49,417 bases of DNA from Puniceicoccaceae bacterium (GTDB lineage: Bacteria > Verrucomicrobiota > Verrucomicrobiia > Opitutales > Oceanipulchritudinaceae), in the NCBI GenBank assembly GCA_040830765.1, contig JBFOMH010000008.1, positions 1 through 49,417 of the forward strand, written 5' to 3'. Shown here one piece after another: positions 47,912 to 49,417 of this stretch. Positions within the stretch are counted from its first letter, which is position 1; the number at the start of each line of letters is the position of its first letter. Under the pieces are notes generated by a model. That model was not told the origin of the DNA. It did not search any database and saw only the letters and a program-made list of their open reading frames with translations. A program made the position numbers and the translations under genes.

Positions 47912-48471
47912 TAAATTCTACCGTTCTCCTCGAGGTGGTCGCGCAGGTAGAACAGGGCCGCGTGCACGATGCCATGGGTAATTGTCCCGTCGCGGGCCCA
48001 GTCAAACAGGGTTTCCATGGCGACTTCCTCCACTTCGAAAAACTCATGCGGCCCCGGGGCCCCGTTGTCGATGCGTCGTGCACCCTCGACAAGGATGAAG
48101 TGGCAACGGTTGCGCTGGATCGCCGGGTTTGGATGGACGGCACCCAGTACACGGGCGGAAGTGCCCTTGTATCCACTTTCCTCATACAATTCGCGCTCGC
48201 CACCCTCAATCGGGTCCTCGCCGGGGTCGACAACGCCTGCCGGCAGTTCCCAGGAAAACTGCTTTGTCCCGAACCGGAACTGGCGCACCAGGACACACTT
48301 TCCTTCCGGTGTCAGGGCCAGGGTGACCGCCCAGTCACCCACCTCCATGACATAAAAGTCCGCCTCGGAGGATTCCTTGGCATTGGACCAGCGTTCCTTG
48401 AGAATCTTGTAGACCCGGCAGTCCGCATAGACCGCCCGCTCCTGACGTTCCCATGGAGTGATTTGGTCCAT
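47911..48471 (-). CDS. NUDIX hydrolase (ADP-ribose pyrophosphatase-like)
   Basis: VRQFR, and the Nudix box ELPAGVVDPGEDPIEGGERELYEESGY. Confidence 0.9.
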   Translation of the reverse strand: MDQITPWERQERAVYADCRVYKILKERWSNAKESSEADFYVMEVGDWAVTLALTPEGKCVLVRQFRFGTKQFSWELPAGVVDPGEDPIEGGERELYEESGYKGTSARVLGAVHPNPAIQRNRCHFILVEGARRIDNGAPGPHEFFEVEEVAMETLFDWARDGTITHGIVHAALFYLRDHLEENGRI

Positions 48472-48498
48472 CGCCGGCCGGCCTCTTTCAGAATATTT

Positions 48499-49131
48499 CT
48501 AATTCCCGGGAATGACGATTCTCTGCCCGATCTGCAGGGCCCGTGGATTGACCGTCGGATTCGCAGCCAGCAGCGCATTCAGGCTGACCCCAAACCGCTT
48601 GGCAATGGCACTGAGGGTGTCGCCACTCTGGATCAGGTAGACGCCCTCTTCGGGCGCGGCTTCAGCTGGGGTTGAATCTTCACCGCTGCTCTCCGTTGAA
48701 CTGGTTGTCGTGGTCCGCACCGGATACTGGCGGCTTTCCAGCTTCTCCACCAGTTCGGTCAGTTTGGTCGACAACTCGTTCAGGGCCTCCCGGTTGGCAG
48801 CGATGTTTCCGGCCACCTCATTGAAGGCCGTCTGGGTATTCTCCTGCAACTGGCGATCCTGACGACCCAGCTTGACGAATTCACCGCCCAGTTTGACCAG
48901 CCGGGCATCCAGATCTTCCAAATCAGCTTCCAGTTCCGGGATCTTGTCCGGCTGGGCACTCAACTTCGCTTCCAGGGTCTTGATTTCACCCTCGGCCTTG
49001 TTGGCCAGGACAATTCCCGTGGCTCCCACGATAATGCCCACAATCCCTATGAATACCGCGATCAGGGCCATTTTGCCGCCGCGTTCCGTCTCCTCCGCTT
49101 CGGTTACCGATTCATCAAAGTCGTCCATCAT
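48499..49131 (-). CDS. Membrane-anchored coiled-coil protein with C-terminal LysM domain
   Basis: One TM helix, a coiled coil, then YLIQSGDTLSAIAKRFGVSLNALLAANP..NPRALQIGQRIVIP. Confidence 0.88.
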   Translation of the reverse strand: MMDDFDESVTEAEETERGGKMALIAVFIGIVGIIVGATGIVLANKAEGEIKTLEAKLSAQPDKIPELEADLEDLDARLVKLGGEFVKLGRQDRQLQENTQTAFNEVAGNIAANREALNELSTKLTELVEKLESRQYPVRTTTTSSTESSGEDSTPAEAAPEEGVYLIQSGDTLSAIAKRFGVSLNALLAANPTVNPRALQIGQRIVIPGN

Positions 49132-49298
49132 GGTGCCAAAGCGTAAGTCCCCACCCCCTTCTGGCAAGCGTTTAGAATTGGCCCCTGAGGGCGCAAGCCC
49201 GGTGTCCAGCCCCCTTGCCGCGTGTCGTGACCCCAATTTTCCAACTTTTTTGGCTTGCGCAGGCGCAACAAGCCTCCCTTATTCATTCCCTTTCCCGT

Positions 49299-49374
49299 GC
49301 CGGACTAGCTCAATTGGTAGAGCAGCGGACTCTTAATCCGTTGGTTCAGGGTTCGAGTCCCTGGTCCGGTACCA
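49299..49374 (+). tRNA. tRNA-Lys(CTT)
   Basis: 76-nt cloverleaf: acceptor GCCGGAC/GTCCGGT, anticodon loop CTCTTAA, T loop TTCGAGT and encoded CCA. Confidence 0.95.
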
Positions 49375-49377
49375 TCG

Positions 49378-49417
49378 GCCAGCTTAGCTCAGTTGGTAGA
49401 GCAGCTGATTTGTAATC
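49378..49417 (+). tRNA. tRNA-Thr(TGT), partial (cut by window edge)
   Basis: GCCAGCT-TA-GCTCAGTTGGTAGAGC-A-GCTGA-TTTGTAA-TC. Confidence 0.85.

Noticed and set aside
49299..49417. tRNA genes as an integration site for a genomic island
   Set aside because: No integrase or duplicated tRNA 3' end seen in this window.

Overview
GC-rich bacterial chromosomal segment. The gene inventory (LEPR-XLL giant protein, TIGR02999-type ECF sigma plus Ser/Thr kinase, Tat-exported Gfo/Idh/MocA and DUF1080 proteins) suggests the PVC superphylum, probably Verrucomicrobiota; this is an inference. The first 17.8 kb is a single minus-strand gene that the ORF track missed because it runs off the left edge. It encodes at least 5937 aa: an N-terminal LEPRLLLS motif, a lipase-like alpha/beta-hydrolase, a peptidoglycan-binding plus degenerate MepA-like module, RTX Ca-binding repeats, PPC/CBM-like domains and ELWxxDG repeats. 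The rest holds two sugar oxidoreductase/isomerase clusters, ada, a DUF4153 operon, an orphan dam, a Kelch protein, an ECF sigma/WD40 kinase pair, a LacI regulator with araBAD, MFS-acyltransferase, SixA-like, MATE, NUDIX and LysM genes, and tRNA-Lys/tRNA-Thr. The most novel-looking signal is a repeated promoter motif, TG(T/A)CCC-N17-CGCATG. One copy precedes the kinase. The other points into an unannotated ~150-nt structured RNA ending in a UUCG terminator, divergent from the ECF gene.
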